A DNA stretch of 64,000 nt from an uncultured Muribaculaceae bacterium (GCA_958439725.1 CAUBWJ010000001.1:107944-171943), one strand, 5' to 3'; shown: positions 1 to 10,313, counted from the stretch's first letter. Translations and numbers: made by a program. The notes: a model not told the origin generated them from the sequence alone.

Positions 1-65
1 GCACGGTAGAATACGACCGTAAACGTCATACCGCCAGATTCACCAAAGGTGCAAATGCAAACTGA
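1..65 (+). CDS. 3' end of an upstream gene (partial), probably part of the fimbrial operon
   Basis: Open frame from position 3 (TVEYDRKRHTARFTKGANAN) ends in TGA at 63-65, just before the next ATG. Confidence 0.35.
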   Translation, partial: TVEYDRKRHTARFTKGANAN

Positions 66-107
66 TACCAATCATTGTGTATAAAATATAAAAGAAACGA
101 TATATAA

Positions 108-1805
108 ATGAGAACATTGCTCAAATCAAAAAGTCTGCTTGCGCTGCTGCTTGCGGCCGCGGCCTGCTCGCAGGACGGCGGCGAGGGCACGGAGCCGGAT
201 CCGGTGCCGGGCGAGCACGAGGGGAAGGTGGAAGCCACGATTTCCGTGCAGTTGCCTCAGCATTCGGAGGATCCGGTGGAATCGCGAGCCGACGGCGCAA
301 CCACCGATCCGGAATCGGACATACTGACCATGGACGGACTGGTGTTTGACGAAAACGGGCAGTTTATAGAGCGCCTGCAGGCCACGCGCATTGAGCGCGG
401 CGCAGAAGGCAAGGTGACGGCCACCCTTCTTTTCGACAAGATAGCCCAGAAACGCACCGTGCATCTGGTGGCCAACAGCCGCGACGCCGCCACCGGAGCC
501 GACCGCCTCGACTTCTCGGCCCTCACCGTCGGCGCCCCGGAAGCCAACGTGCGCAATCTCGTGACCAAACCCGTGGACGAGACGCGCATGGTGCAGCCGC
601 AGCTGCTGCCCCCGGTGATGTGGGGACGCATTGTGCTCAACAACGGTATTGTGCAGAACACCACCATGGACGGCGGCAAACTGCTGCGCACCGTGGCCTC
701 GGTGGTGGTGAGCGCCGACGATGGCACACCCGAAAACGGCCTCTCAGACTTCGAGATAGAGGGCGCATCGCTCTGCGACCCCGGAGCCACAGGCTACCTG
801 ACGCCCACCGACAACGTGACCACCGCCCCCACGGCCAACCCCACCACGCCAAGGCCCACCAACGTGTATGGAACCGACCCCTACAAATGGCCCGTCTACG
901 GCTCAGTGCCGGTGCTTTACGCCTACGAGCGCACATGCAACGCCTCGGCCAACATGAGCGTGATTATCAAGGCGAAATACAAAGGCGTGAGCGGCTACTA
1001 CAAGATTCTGATGACAAACGCCGCGGGAACCCCCTACAATATTGTGCGCAACCACCGCTATCTGCTCAAGATAACCCGCGTGACCGACCGCGGATATGCC
1101 GACCTCTCCACCGCCATCAGCGGCAAGCCCACAAACAACCGCCTGCGCGCCACCGTGACGGAAAGCTCCGGCGACTACTCGGGCGTGGCCGCCGACCAGC
1201 AGTATATGCTGTGCCTGACGTGCAACACCTTCGAGCTGTTCGGAGCCAACTCCACCACCGCCTCGACCCCGAGCGTGAAGATAGCCGACATCCAGTACAC
1301 CGGCCCCACCACCCCGGTGGTGAAAACCGCTGCCTCATACCCCTGGCTATCGAATATCCGCGTGGTAGCCAACGGCGGCAAGAAATATGTGATAAACGCC
1401 GACTTCGTGAAGGACAACGCCGACCATGAAGGCGACCTCACCGTGGTGGCCGACAACCTCGAGCTTCCCATCAAGGTGAAATGGCATTTCAACGATGTGG
1501 ACATGAACACAGCCAATACCTACTCGGTGAACCTTCTCAACGCCGGTGAGCAACACTGGCGCGTGTATGGCATCACCGGACAGACATCCCCGATATGGTT
1601 CGGTCTGACAAACACCAGGGAAGTAGATGCTGCCGTTGTTCTGCCGACGCAGGGGTTTGTCACTGACATTAACAGCAAATACAACCCCGGAGCCTGGCTC
1701 CACATCAACAAGGGCACCAACAACACGGCCCGCATGCACAAGACATGCGGCGACGCCGCCGACCGTCCCGTGTCGGCCGAAATTGTGGTGGTCCGTCACA
1801 ACTGA
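108..1805 (+). CDS. Type V pilus (FimA/Mfa1-like) fimbrillin lipoprotein
   Basis: Lipoprotein signal (LAAAAC), propeptide ending SR|A, and motifs 'GYYKI' and 'YNIVRNHRYLLKITRV' typical of Bacteroidia fimbrillins. Confidence 0.75.
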   Translation: MRTLLKSKSLLALLLAAAACSQDGGEGTEPDPVPGEHEGKVEATISVQLPQHSEDPVESRADGATTDPESDILTMDGLVFDENGQFIERLQATRIERGAEGKVTATLLFDKIAQKRTVHLVANSRDAATGADRLDFSALTVGAPEANVRNLVTKPVDETRMVQPQLLPPVMWGRIVLNNGIVQNTTMDGGKLLRTVASVVVSADDGTPENGLSDFEIEGASLCDPGATGYLTPTDNVTTAPTANPTTPRPTNVYGTDPYKWPVYGSVPVLYAYERTCNASANMSVIIKAKYKGVSGYYKILMTNAAGTPYNIVRNHRYLLKITRVTDRGYADLSTAISGKPTNNRLRATVTESSGDYSGVAADQQYMLCLTCNTFELFGANSTTASTPSVKIADIQYTGPTTPVVKTAASYPWLSNIRVVANGGKKYVINADFVKDNADHEGDLTVVADNLELPIKVKWHFNDVDMNTANTYSVNLLNAGEQHWRVYGITGQTSPIWFGLTNTREVDAAVVLPTQGFVTDINSKYNPGAWLHINKGTNNTARMHKTCGDAADRPVSAEIVVVRHN

Positions 1806-1882
1806 CGGTCTTATGCCCCGGCATTCTCTCCTCCTCAGACATTCCCCGATATAAAAGCAGTCAATTCTCTCAGATATCAAGC

Positions 1883-3349
1883 ATGAAAAAAAGTGTAGCA
1901 CACCTGGCAACGGCCCTCCTTGCCGCCTCCGCTCTGCTGGCCTCCTGCGCCGACAATTCTTCGGAACCCGAAACTCCCGAGGAAAAGGAGGGCACGGGTA
2001 TAATCGCATTCACCATTGATTTCGCCAAATCCGACGGCTCGCGCTCCGACACCGCGCCGGGGACGGGAGGCACATCGTCGAACGGCAGCTCCCCGGCCAC
2101 GGCGATATCCGACGCGATACCCCTAACAAGCTGGGACAATATACACTCGCTCCAGATTTTCCTCTATGACCAGAACAACTTCATAGTGTTCTCGCGCTAC
2201 ATATCTGCCGACGAGATAAAACAGGCGCTGGAGACCGACCCGTTCCACACCGGACGCATCACCTACACTTATGCTGACGTGCCCAACGGAACCTACCACC
2301 TCATGGCCGTGGCCAACGCCAACAGCGGCACAGAGCCGGTGGTGACCTACCTCGACGGTCTGGCAATGCGGTGGAATCAGGAAAACGTGATCAACACCCG
2401 CATCCACCGCGCCCGAATAGAGCATAAGCCCTTCGAGTTTCCCCGCTTCTACCTCGACGACCTGGCGGCCACGGGCGTGACGCGCACCTCTCTCCCCTTC
2501 GAGGCGCCCGCAGAGATTTTCATGGGCGTGGGCCGGCAGACCGACATGCAGATCGGCGGCGAATTCCCCGACATGGTGCAGGTGATCGCCGAGCAGGAGA
2601 CCCATGCCGAAATCACGCTTGAACGCCAGGTGTCCATGATGCGCCTGAGGCTCAATCTGGCAGGCGACGAAGACGACCTGAACAACGCCGACATTAACCT
2701 GCGCGAAGGCGGCAAGCTCAACTTCTCGTCCCACGCCATGATAATGGTGGTGACGCTCCCCTCGGTGATGCTCCCCATCCACAACGACATGATAATAGAC
2801 GGGGTGAATTACTACAAAGGCGTATCACCGGTGATGAACCAGACCGACATTCTGGTCACCCGCCCCGTGAGCAACGAGGTGACGCGCCACTTCTTCGACG
2901 AAAACCCCACCGAGGGCTACGTGAAGAAAGGCTACGCCACCGACGCCGGATATCCGGGCGACATAGTGGGTCTGGGCGAAGCCGACCCCTACAGGGCCAC
3001 ATCGTGGCGCGACATTCTGGTGATGCCCAACCACAAGGCCCACATGCTCACGCCGGAGAACCCCGTGATCAACGAAAACCGCTATCTGCTGGTGATTTCC
3101 GCCCTCGGTCTTCCGGGCCACGAGTGCAAGGAGGGAGTGCTCACGGAGCCTCACACCGTCTACTGGGAAGGCTATATCAACGAGCCTTTCGAGCCGGGCA
3201 AGATCCGCGAGGTCAACATCACCTTCAAGGACGGAGGACAGATGGAAGTGCCCACCCGCCCCGACAACTCCGGCACCCTCACCATAGTGGTGAAGGAACC
3301 GCAGGACTGGAACCCGGCGGCCCACAAAGTGACCAACGTGGAGCTCTGA
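1883..3349 (+). CDS. FimB/Mfa2-like fimbrial lipoprotein
   Basis: Start MKKSVAH with lipobox LLASC; 'IHSLQIFLYD', 'GTYHLMAVAN', 'EIF', 'ITLERQVS' pattern. Confidence 0.7.
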   Translation: MKKSVAHLATALLAASALLASCADNSSEPETPEEKEGTGIIAFTIDFAKSDGSRSDTAPGTGGTSSNGSSPATAISDAIPLTSWDNIHSLQIFLYDQNNFIVFSRYISADEIKQALETDPFHTGRITYTYADVPNGTYHLMAVANANSGTEPVVTYLDGLAMRWNQENVINTRIHRARIEHKPFEFPRFYLDDLAATGVTRTSLPFEAPAEIFMGVGRQTDMQIGGEFPDMVQVIAEQETHAEITLERQVSMMRLRLNLAGDEDDLNNADINLREGGKLNFSSHAMIMVVTLPSVMLPIHNDMIIDGVNYYKGVSPVMNQTDILVTRPVSNEVTRHFFDENPTEGYVKKGYATDAGYPGDIVGLGEADPYRATSWRDILVMPNHKAHMLTPENPVINENRYLLVISALGLPGHECKEGVLTEPHTVYWEGYINEPFEPGKIREVNITFKDGGQMEVPTRPDNSGTLTIVVKEPQDWNPAAHKVTNVEL

Positions 3350-3392
3350 ACCCCGGTCATACCATATAACAGACTTAAACACTCCAGAACAG

Positions 3393-4331
3393 ATGTCAGG
3401 AAAAACAATAAAGCGTATACTGGCCTGCGCGCCCGCGCTTATGCTGCTGGCTTCGGCCTCGTGTACCTACAATTATTTCGAGGGAACGATCAACTACCGC
3501 GTGTTTGTGCCCGAAGTCAGGGACCATCAGGTCAACAACTGCCACGTGCTGATCTACGACCGCGCCACCGGTGCCCTCACCGCCCAGGGATACACTCAGG
3601 GAGGCCAGACCACCACCGACCAGTCCAAGATAGCCGAAGGCATATTCGAGTTCAGGCTTGACAAAGGGGAATACCGCGTGTGTGTGCTCGCCAACACCGA
3701 AAATGTCGAGTTCAATCCCGACCCGGTGCATGAAAACGCACTGTTCCAGCTTGTGGGACATCCCGTGGCGCCATTCACACAACAGCCCGGCGACCTGCGG
3801 CTTGACTATATAGACCGTCCGCACGACGGCGCCACCGAAATCACCGACACTGCGGAAATCATCAGATACCCGGCCCGCATCGACGTGCGCTACCGCGCCA
3901 CCGACGTTGACGCCGACGCCGTGGGGAAAGCCATTGTGCGCATCAACAATGTGGCCTCGGTGCAGAAGCTCTCGGCAGATACCGTTCCCGAAGCCGTGGA
4001 AGGCTCGCACGCGCTCTACGCATTCGACTCCCCCGCAAAATATCCTGCCGACGCCGACGGGGCCATTTTCCAGTTCACGACCTATCTCTTTCCCACCGCG
4101 CCGGAATCGGTGCTTGACCTCGTGCTTCACCTTTCGGGCAAAGACGGCAATTCGCTGGCAAACTACACCCACGGCCTGAGGCTGCCCGACACCTCGCCGC
4201 TGGTTCTCACCCCCGGCGACCGCGCCATTATTGACATAAACAACAACGGCATAACCGTGAGCCTCGTAGGCTGGGACTCGGCAATCGACGGCAGCGAGAG
4301 CGAAATCGGCGGCAAGAAGCCCAATTCCTGA
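3393..4331 (+). CDS. FimB/Mfa2-family fimbrial anchor lipoprotein
   Basis: Lipobox ASASC, 'VLIYD', 'LDKGEYRVCVLAN', C-terminal 'ITVSLVGW'. Confidence 0.65.
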   Translation: MSGKTIKRILACAPALMLLASASCTYNYFEGTINYRVFVPEVRDHQVNNCHVLIYDRATGALTAQGYTQGGQTTTDQSKIAEGIFEFRLDKGEYRVCVLANTENVEFNPDPVHENALFQLVGHPVAPFTQQPGDLRLDYIDRPHDGATEITDTAEIIRYPARIDVRYRATDVDADAVGKAIVRINNVASVQKLSADTVPEAVEGSHALYAFDSPAKYPADADGAIFQFTTYLFPTAPESVLDLVLHLSGKDGNSLANYTHGLRLPDTSPLVLTPGDRAIIDINNNGITVSLVGWDSAIDGSESEIGGKKPNS

Positions 4332-4390
4332 CCGCCCCGCCACGTGATAACTAACGCAACCACCCACATTCCGAAACAAACAGTGAAGTC

Positions 4391-4996
4391 ATGAAATCCA
4401 TTACGCGACATATCGCCATACTGATAGCCGCAATTGCGGCAGGCACCGGCCTCGCCACGGGCCAGATGCTGAAACTAAACGCTCCCCTCACCCTCGGCGG
4501 AAGCCCCAACCTCGGCTACGAGCACCAGCTCAACCACCGATGGGCGCTGTCGGGCGACGTGTTCTGGCTCCCTTATATGAGCGACAAGCATGAGGAAGTG
4601 TTCCGCAGCCTCCAGATCACGGGCGAGGCCCGCTATTACTTCAAGGAGACGCTGGACAGCCGAATGGCCCACGGATGGTATCTGGGCGGCTACCTGATGT
4701 ATGGAGACTTCAACATAGGCCTCTACCGCCATAACGACATGGACAAGAGCTTCCGCCGCGCCGGCTGGGGTGTGAGCGGCGGTGTGAGCGGCGGCTGGAA
4801 GCATAAGTTCAACGACCGCTGGCAGATGGATATAAACCTGGGCGTGGGCTACGCTCACATGCGTTACCACAAATACAAACTCGGCGGCGCGTACCGCCAC
4901 CACCCCATAGGAGGCTGGAGGTCGTCGAAATGGATAGGCCCCACACGCTTCAGCATCAGCTTCGGCTACGTGCTTGACTGCGGATGCCGCAAATAA
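4391..4996 (+). CDS. DUF3575 outer-membrane beta-barrel protein
   Basis: Signal peptide, 'PNLGYE', 'EARYY', 'WIGPTRFSISFGY'; the family is typical of fimbrial loci. Confidence 0.8.
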   Translation: MKSITRHIAILIAAIAAGTGLATGQMLKLNAPLTLGGSPNLGYEHQLNHRWALSGDVFWLPYMSDKHEEVFRSLQITGEARYYFKETLDSRMAHGWYLGGYLMYGDFNIGLYRHNDMDKSFRRAGWGVSGGVSGGWKHKFNDRWQMDINLGVGYAHMRYHKYKLGGAYRHHPIGGWRSSKWIGPTRFSISFGYVLDCGCRK

Positions 4997-5062
4997 ACTC
5001 ATTAAGCTGTATACAGGCTGAACAGATTTCATCAGGTGTATCCGGGGATGAAATCTCACAGG

Positions 5063-5099
5063 GAAGGACGGCCTCCAGATGGTCGTCCTTCTTATTTTC
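5063..5099 (+). terminator. Intrinsic terminator of the fimbrial operon
   Basis: GAAGGACGGCC-N7-GGTCGTCCTTC stem followed by TTATTTT. Confidence 0.55.
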
Positions 5100-5120
5100 C
5101 TGCCGTCTGTCATGCGAAAA

Positions 5121-5200
5121 AGCCCCGGAAGCGCCCAAGCTTACGCCCACTGCGGCATAGCGCCCTCCGGGGCTCGCCGCAGGTGGGCGTGAGCATGGGT
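5121..5200. repeat. REP-like palindromic element
   Basis: Long hairpin CCCAAGCTTACGCCCACTGCGGC...GCCGCAGGTGGGCGTGAGCATGGG; shares motifs with 47201-47615 and 31721-31970. Confidence 0.65.
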
Positions 5201-6187
5201 TTAACGACGCAGGACCTCGGCGCTCTTGTTGCGTATGATATTCGGCACGCAATACGGCCGCAGATAAATCATGCCTCCGCCGAAATCGAGGAGCATGTCC
5301 TGCGTGAAAATATTGAGGGGATTGATGCCGTAAGGCTCCTCGCTGTCGTAATAGCTTGCGCGGCGGTATCCGGCACGGTGGCCCAGCTCAATCCAGGCGC
5401 GGTCGTCGGTAAGGGCCTTGTGGACATTGAGGAGCGTGCGCACCGAGTCCTCGCGCAACGTATGGCCTGAGCGGTCGGCCTGGTCGGAGGGAAGCTTGAG
5501 CATTGCCAGCTGCAGCCCGGTGTCAATGTAATAATCGTTGTAGAAATGGTCAACGCCCACGTTCATGTAATATCTCTCTCCCGTGATGAAAAAATAAATC
5601 GGATTGTGGCTGCGGCGCAGCGTCACCGTGGGCTGGTAGCCCTCGGGGACGCGTGTGTTCAGGGACAGAGTCTGCTCGTTGTAGAGATATTCAATCATAA
5701 ATTTCTGCAACACGTCCACACCAAGCGTGGAAATGCCCGGCGACACAAAGAAGTCCACATTCTTAAGAGTATTCACCTTGCGTGGCGTTCCCACAGGAAT
5801 TGCGCGACCCGTGGAGTCAGCCATGAAATCATAGTCATATAGAGGAAAATCGACTCTCACTGCATCGGTATAGAAATTGTAACGGGCATAGGCGTCGCGG
5901 TCCACGGCAAAGAGTGTGACCGGACTGACATTGATGCCGGCCTCACGCAGCTTCTCGATGTCGGAAGGATTGATGGTGCTCACACCCGATCCGGTGTCGA
6001 GCTTGAACCGCACTCCCGGCGCCATCTCCACCAGAATGGGAGTCTGCGACAGGAACATGCGTCCTGTAGACGCCTCAGGATGGGCCAGACACAGATTTCG
6101 CTGCGGGCCGAGCGTGTTCAGGAGCACAAGATAGGCACCTGCGGCGGCAATCAGCACGGTTAATAATATGATATATACCTTCTTCAT
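5201..6187 (-). CDS. Membrane-anchored aspartyl protease-like (retropepsin-like) protein
   Basis: N-terminal TM helix; two DTG motifs (FKLDTGS, YYIDTGL) and an 'LGVDVL' motif. Confidence 0.6.
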   Translation of the reverse strand: MKKVYIILLTVLIAAAGAYLVLLNTLGPQRNLCLAHPEASTGRMFLSQTPILVEMAPGVRFKLDTGSGVSTINPSDIEKLREAGINVSPVTLFAVDRDAYARYNFYTDAVRVDFPLYDYDFMADSTGRAIPVGTPRKVNTLKNVDFFVSPGISTLGVDVLQKFMIEYLYNEQTLSLNTRVPEGYQPTVTLRRSHNPIYFFITGERYYMNVGVDHFYNDYYIDTGLQLAMLKLPSDQADRSGHTLREDSVRTLLNVHKALTDDRAWIELGHRAGYRRASYYDSEEPYGINPLNIFTQDMLLDFGGGMIYLRPYCVPNIIRNKSAEVLRR

Positions 6188-6353
6188 AAAAAGTTGCTAA
6201 ACGTTATGCGGGCTATCACGCCTTAAGGGAAACAGGGACGCTTCGGCTTTGTCGCGTCCCGAAAACAAAGATACCCTGCGGGCCGACACTTTAGTATCCT
6301 CTGAGTATACATTGGCATTAATATTTAATACGATTGTAACATCCGGAGGCCGA

Positions 6354-6770
6354 TCACAGAAATTTGTCGAGGGCCGGAGAGTCGATTTCCACAATATCGT
6401 CCAGGAGAATCGTCACTCCCCCCGCCAGCACCACCGCCGCACGGGATGAATCGACACGCAGAAAGCGCCCGCGCGTCACGCGGTAAGCTCCGCCGCTCTT
6501 CACGGGGTCGGGAACAAAATGCTTTATCGAAACCTTTACCGGAGCCGCGGCAATCACGACGCTCATGCGCTGCGAAAGCTCCCGGCAGGCGTCTTCGGTA
6601 AGCTCCACTTTCTCGGTGGTCTCGCGCAGAATCTCCGCAATAGACTCGGCATAACCGCGAAGCGGCGCAAATCCCCTGAATTGCGCGGCACGCTTATGCA
6701 TCGGCATCGGGTGCGGCGCCTGCGACTCATAGGGATAGTTGAGATTGATTATATCGTCGTATTTTCCCAT
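6354..6770 (-). CDS. YolD-like protein
   Basis: 'YDDIINL..HPMP..RAAQF..FAPLRGY', 'GGAY', 'LDDI' signature. Confidence 0.75.
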   Translation of the reverse strand: MGKYDDIINLNYPYESQAPHPMPMHKRAAQFRGFAPLRGYAESIAEILRETTEKVELTEDACRELSQRMSVVIAAAPVKVSIKHFVPDPVKSGGAYRVTRGRFLRVDSSRAAVVLAGGVTILLDDIVEIDSPALDKFL

Positions 6771-6827
6771 GTCGAAGCAAATTTAACGCTCCGGCACCGA
6801 ACGGAGCCATGCGAATCACACAAATTA

Positions 6828-6877
6828 TGTTAACAGTGCTGTTTTCTCTGTTAACGGTACTGTTTTTTATGTTAACA
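6828..6877. repeat. Three TGTTAAC(A/G) boxes at 21-bp period; candidate operator
   Basis: Boxes start at 6828, 6849 and 6870 within an imperfect 21-bp tandem repeat. Confidence 0.6.
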
Positions 6878-6935
6878 ATCCGATGCCAGAGGCTGCGGCC
6901 ACCCCAAAAAATTTCATCATTCACAGGATAATTAG

Positions 6936-6943
6936 TAACTTTG
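6936..6943 (+). promoter_or_regulatory. Bacteroidetes -7 promoter box
   Basis: TAACTTTG upstream of the DUF5106-mnmA operon. Confidence 0.55.
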
Positions 6944-7024
6944 TAATTAAGTCCGTAAGAGTGTCGGCGCATCAACGCGCCTCCGCTTGATTTGGCGCGC
7001 AATTAACAAACAGACAAAACACTG

Positions 7025-7945
7025 ATGAACAAACTGATAGCATTTCTCTCCCTTTTCCTTGCCTGCGTCGGCGCCATGAACGCGCAGACCACCGTCCAGC
7101 AACCCTATTTCCAGCTGCCGATAATCCCCGACTCCATAAAATCGTTTGACAACCGTCTCGACTACATGGTGGAACATTACTGGGATTTCGCCGACATGAA
7201 AAAAGTGTTTTCCTCGCGCTCGAAGATGGCCGAGGCATTCGACACCTACATCAACTTCATGCCCCACGCCACAGCCACCAAGGCCAAGGCATCGGTGAGC
7301 AAATTCCTCAAGTCAATCAAAAAGCCGGAGGACCTTCTGTTCATCGCCGAACTCGCCGAAGGCAAGCTCTACGCCGACACCGCCATGCTTCCCAGCGACG
7401 AGCTCTACGTGATATTCGCACAGGCCGTGGCCGACAACCGCGGCGTGGACCGCAACGCCAAGATGCGCTTCGAACATCAGGCCCGCACACTCTCGCGCAC
7501 CCAGCGCGGAATGAAAGCGCCTGAATTCGAATTCACCACCCCCGAAGGGCTCAAACGCGCCTTCCAGCCCGACACAACCGCGCGTGTGACCGTGCTCTTC
7601 TTCAACGACCCCGACTGCACCGACTGCCGCCTGGCCCGCGTGCGCCTCGACGCCGACCTGCATACCCAGAAACTCGTGGAGACCGGAGTTGTCGACATCG
7701 TAAGCATCACCCCCACCGAGGGCACCGACCCCCTGTGGCTTAACGCCACCGCCTCCTATCCTTCCTCATGGACCGTAGGCGCAGCTCCCGAAATCGACGA
7801 AATCTACGACATACGCCGCTCCCCCACCCTCTACCTCATAGACCACAAGGGCCTCATACAGCTCAAGACCGACAATGCCGAGGCCGTGCTCTCCATCCTC
7901 TCCGCCTTCCACCCCAGGCGCACTCCCGCCGCCCCGAAACAGTAA
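7025..7945 (+). CDS. DUF5106 domain protein with C-terminal thioredoxin-like fold
   Basis: Signal peptide, 'HYWD', 'APEFEF', 'FFNDPDCTDC', 'PTLYLID'. Confidence 0.75.
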   Translation: MNKLIAFLSLFLACVGAMNAQTTVQQPYFQLPIIPDSIKSFDNRLDYMVEHYWDFADMKKVFSSRSKMAEAFDTYINFMPHATATKAKASVSKFLKSIKKPEDLLFIAELAEGKLYADTAMLPSDELYVIFAQAVADNRGVDRNAKMRFEHQARTLSRTQRGMKAPEFEFTTPEGLKRAFQPDTTARVTVLFFNDPDCTDCRLARVRLDADLHTQKLVETGVVDIVSITPTEGTDPLWLNATASYPSSWTVGAAPEIDEIYDIRRSPTLYLIDHKGLIQLKTDNAEAVLSILSAFHPRRTPAAPKQ

Positions 7946-7966
7946 CAACTCAATCTCCCCATAGCC

Positions 7967-8476
7967 ATGAACGCATTGACCGACAAAGCCGGAAGAATAT
8001 TCGTGAAATTCTCGCGCTACACCTACAGCAACCTTGGACGCCTGTTCCTGCGGCTGTTCGTTGGCGTAATGTTCATAAACTTCGGAATACGCCAGCTGAT
8101 AGGATTCTCCGAGCTCCGACATGTGTTCCCCACCGCGCTGGGCATGTCGTCGGAAACATGCCTCATACTGATGATATGCGTGGAGCTGATCTGCTCGCTG
8201 CTCATAATGGTGGGATTTCTCACGCGCGTGTCGTGCATCCCGCCCATCATCTCCATGATAGTGGCCGAGCACTATATTCTGCACGACCTGATGTCAGACA
8301 CCATGGCCATGACCATCGACTGCACCGAACCCGGCTATGTGCCAATAATGTTCATCGGCATCTACGCCACCATAATGCTTCTGGGCCCCGGTAAAATCTC
8401 GCTCGACTACTTCTTCTCCTACTTCTATCTCGAGAACACCAATCGCACCGAGACCGAGATAATAGGCGAAAAGTAA
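7967..8476 (+). CDS. DoxX family membrane protein
   Basis: 'LFLRLFVG', 'ELICSLLIMVGFLTR', 'GPGKISLD'. Confidence 0.85.
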   Translation: MNALTDKAGRIFVKFSRYTYSNLGRLFLRLFVGVMFINFGIRQLIGFSELRHVFPTALGMSSETCLILMICVELICSLLIMVGFLTRVSCIPPIISMIVAEHYILHDLMSDTMAMTIDCTEPGYVPIMFIGIYATIMLLGPGKISLDYFFSYFYLENTNRTETEIIGEK

Positions 8477-8506
8477 CCTTTCAATTCACCGCCCTCAATC
8501 ACCCAC

Positions 8507-9637
8507 ATGAACATCGCAATGCTTATATCGGGAGGCGTGGACAGCGCCGTGGCCGTGCACCGTCTGATGGAGCAGGGCCATTCGCCACACCTTTTCTACA
8601 TACGCATAGGCCTCGACACGGACGAGGGCGACTGCGCCGCCGAGGAGGACATAGAAATGTGCCGCCTCATAGCCGCACGCTACCGCCTGCCCCTCGACAT
8701 CGTGCCTCTGCATCAGGAATACTGGGACAACGTGATGGCCTACGCCCTGCGCACCGTCAAGGAAGGTCTGACGCCGAACCCCGACATAATGTGCAACAAG
8801 ATGATCAAATTCGGGTATTTCGAGGAGCGCGTGGGCCACGAGTTCGATGCTACCGCAACGGGGCATTATGCCACCATCCGCCAAATCGACGGACGCACAT
8901 ATCTGGGCACCGCTCCTGACCCCGTGAAGGACCAGACCGACTTTCTGGCCCGGATTTCATACAAACAGCTCTGCCACCTGATGTTCCCCATCGGCGACCT
9001 TCCCAAAGCCGAGGTGCGCCGTATAGCCGAACTCACCTCGCTGCCCAACGCCAAGCGACGCGACAGCCAGGGTATATGCTTCTTAGGCAAGATAAACTAC
9101 AACGACTTCATACGCCGACATCTCGGTGAGCGTCCCGGTCCCATAATAGAGATTGAGACCGGGCGCAAGCTCGGCGAACACCGCGGCTACTGGTTCCACA
9201 CCATAGGCCAGCGCAAAGGACTTGGACTGAGCGGCGGCCCATGGTTCGTGGTGAAAAAATGCGTTGATGACAACGCCATCTACGTGTCGCGCGGATACGA
9301 CACCGAAAAACAGTATGGCCGCTCCCTCCATCTGCAGGAAATGCACTGGATATCTGGCGACCCGTGGGGCACGGACTGCGACCATAGGCCCATCACGTTC
9401 AAAAACCGCCACACGCCCGAATTTCTCCGCGGAACCATCACGCGCCTCGGCGAAGGTGAATACGTGATTGAATCAGAGACCAGAGTGCAGGGCATCGCCC
9501 CGGGACAGTTTGCCGTGGTGTATGACACCTCCTCGTCAATATGCCTCGGAAGCGGCATAATAACCGGACGCGCCGTAATCACCGGCTCATCCTCCCAACC
9601 ATACTCAACAATAAAAACAACCCTATCCGATAAATGA
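8507..9637 (+). CDS. mnmA: tRNA 2-thiouridine(34) synthase
   Basis: [36 protein letters not shown]. Confidence 0.95.
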   Translation: MNIAMLISGGVDSAVAVHRLMEQGHSPHLFYIRIGLDTDEGDCAAEEDIEMCRLIAARYRLPLDIVPLHQEYWDNVMAYALRTVKEGLTPNPDIMCNKMIKFGYFEERVGHEFDATATGHYATIRQIDGRTYLGTAPDPVKDQTDFLARISYKQLCHLMFPIGDLPKAEVRRIAELTSLPNAKRRDSQGICFLGKINYNDFIRRHLGERPGPIIEIETGRKLGEHRGYWFHTIGQRKGLGLSGGPWFVVKKCVDDNAIYVSRGYDTEKQYGRSLHLQEMHWISGDPWGTDCDHRPITFKNRHTPEFLRGTITRLGEGEYVIESETRVQGIAPGQFAVVYDTSSSICLGSGIITGRAVITGSSSQPYSTIKTTLSDK

Positions 9638-10281
9638 ACTCCGACTCAAGAATAAGGCTTTCCGTGCTCGGAATATCCTACTCCCAGATCCAGACGGGAG
9701 CCTACGCCCTGATTCTGGCGCAAGTGGACGGCCCTTACCGCATACCCGTGGTGATAGGAGCCGCCGAAGCCCAGTCGATAGCCTTGCGCCTTGAAAGCAT
9801 CGTGCCCCCCCGTCCCATGACCCACGACCTGTTTGTAAGCTTCGCCCATGCATTCGGGGTAAAGCTCAAGGAAGTGTTCATCTATAAGTTCGAGGACGGC
9901 ATATTCTCCTCGGAACTCACCTTTACCGACGGCGACCGCACCGTGGTGATCGACTCGCGCACATCCGACGCCATAGCTATTGCCATGCGCACCCATGCGC
10001 CCATCTATACCACGCCCGAGATTCTTGACGAGACAGGATTCCTGATGGAGCAGCATGAAGACACCGATGACACCGACGAGGACGACACCCCGGCAGAAAA
10101 CGAGGACGGCGTTCGCCGGGTGTCGGGATTCGACCTCCCCGCCGATGTAGAAGAAGAACCCCGCTACGAGAAATATACCGTTGAAGAACTCGAGCGCACG
10201 CTTCAACGGCTCATAGACAATGAAAACTACGAGGAAGCCGCCCGTGTGGCAGAAATCCTGCGCAACAAGAAAAACGACTGA
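9634..10281 (+). CDS. Bifunctional nuclease family (DUF151) protein with C-terminal UVR motif
   Basis: '[14 protein letters not shown]', 'PRPMTHDL', '[11 protein letters not shown]', 'ENYEEAA'. Confidence 0.9.
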   Translation: MNSDSRIRLSVLGISYSQIQTGAYALILAQVDGPYRIPVVIGAAEAQSIALRLESIVPPRPMTHDLFVSFAHAFGVKLKEVFIYKFEDGIFSSELTFTDGDRTVVIDSRTSDAIAIAMRTHAPIYTTPEILDETGFLMEQHEDTDDTDEDDTPAENEDGVRRVSGFDLPADVEEEPRYEKYTVEELERTLQRLIDNENYEEAARVAEILRNKKND

Positions 10282-10313
10282 CCCCCTTATCCAGCAATTA
10301 TCCGTTTCACCAC

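Noticed and set aside
6828..6877. Possible mini CRISPR array
   Set aside because: The units are contiguous 21-bp repeats without unique spacers, and there are no cas genes
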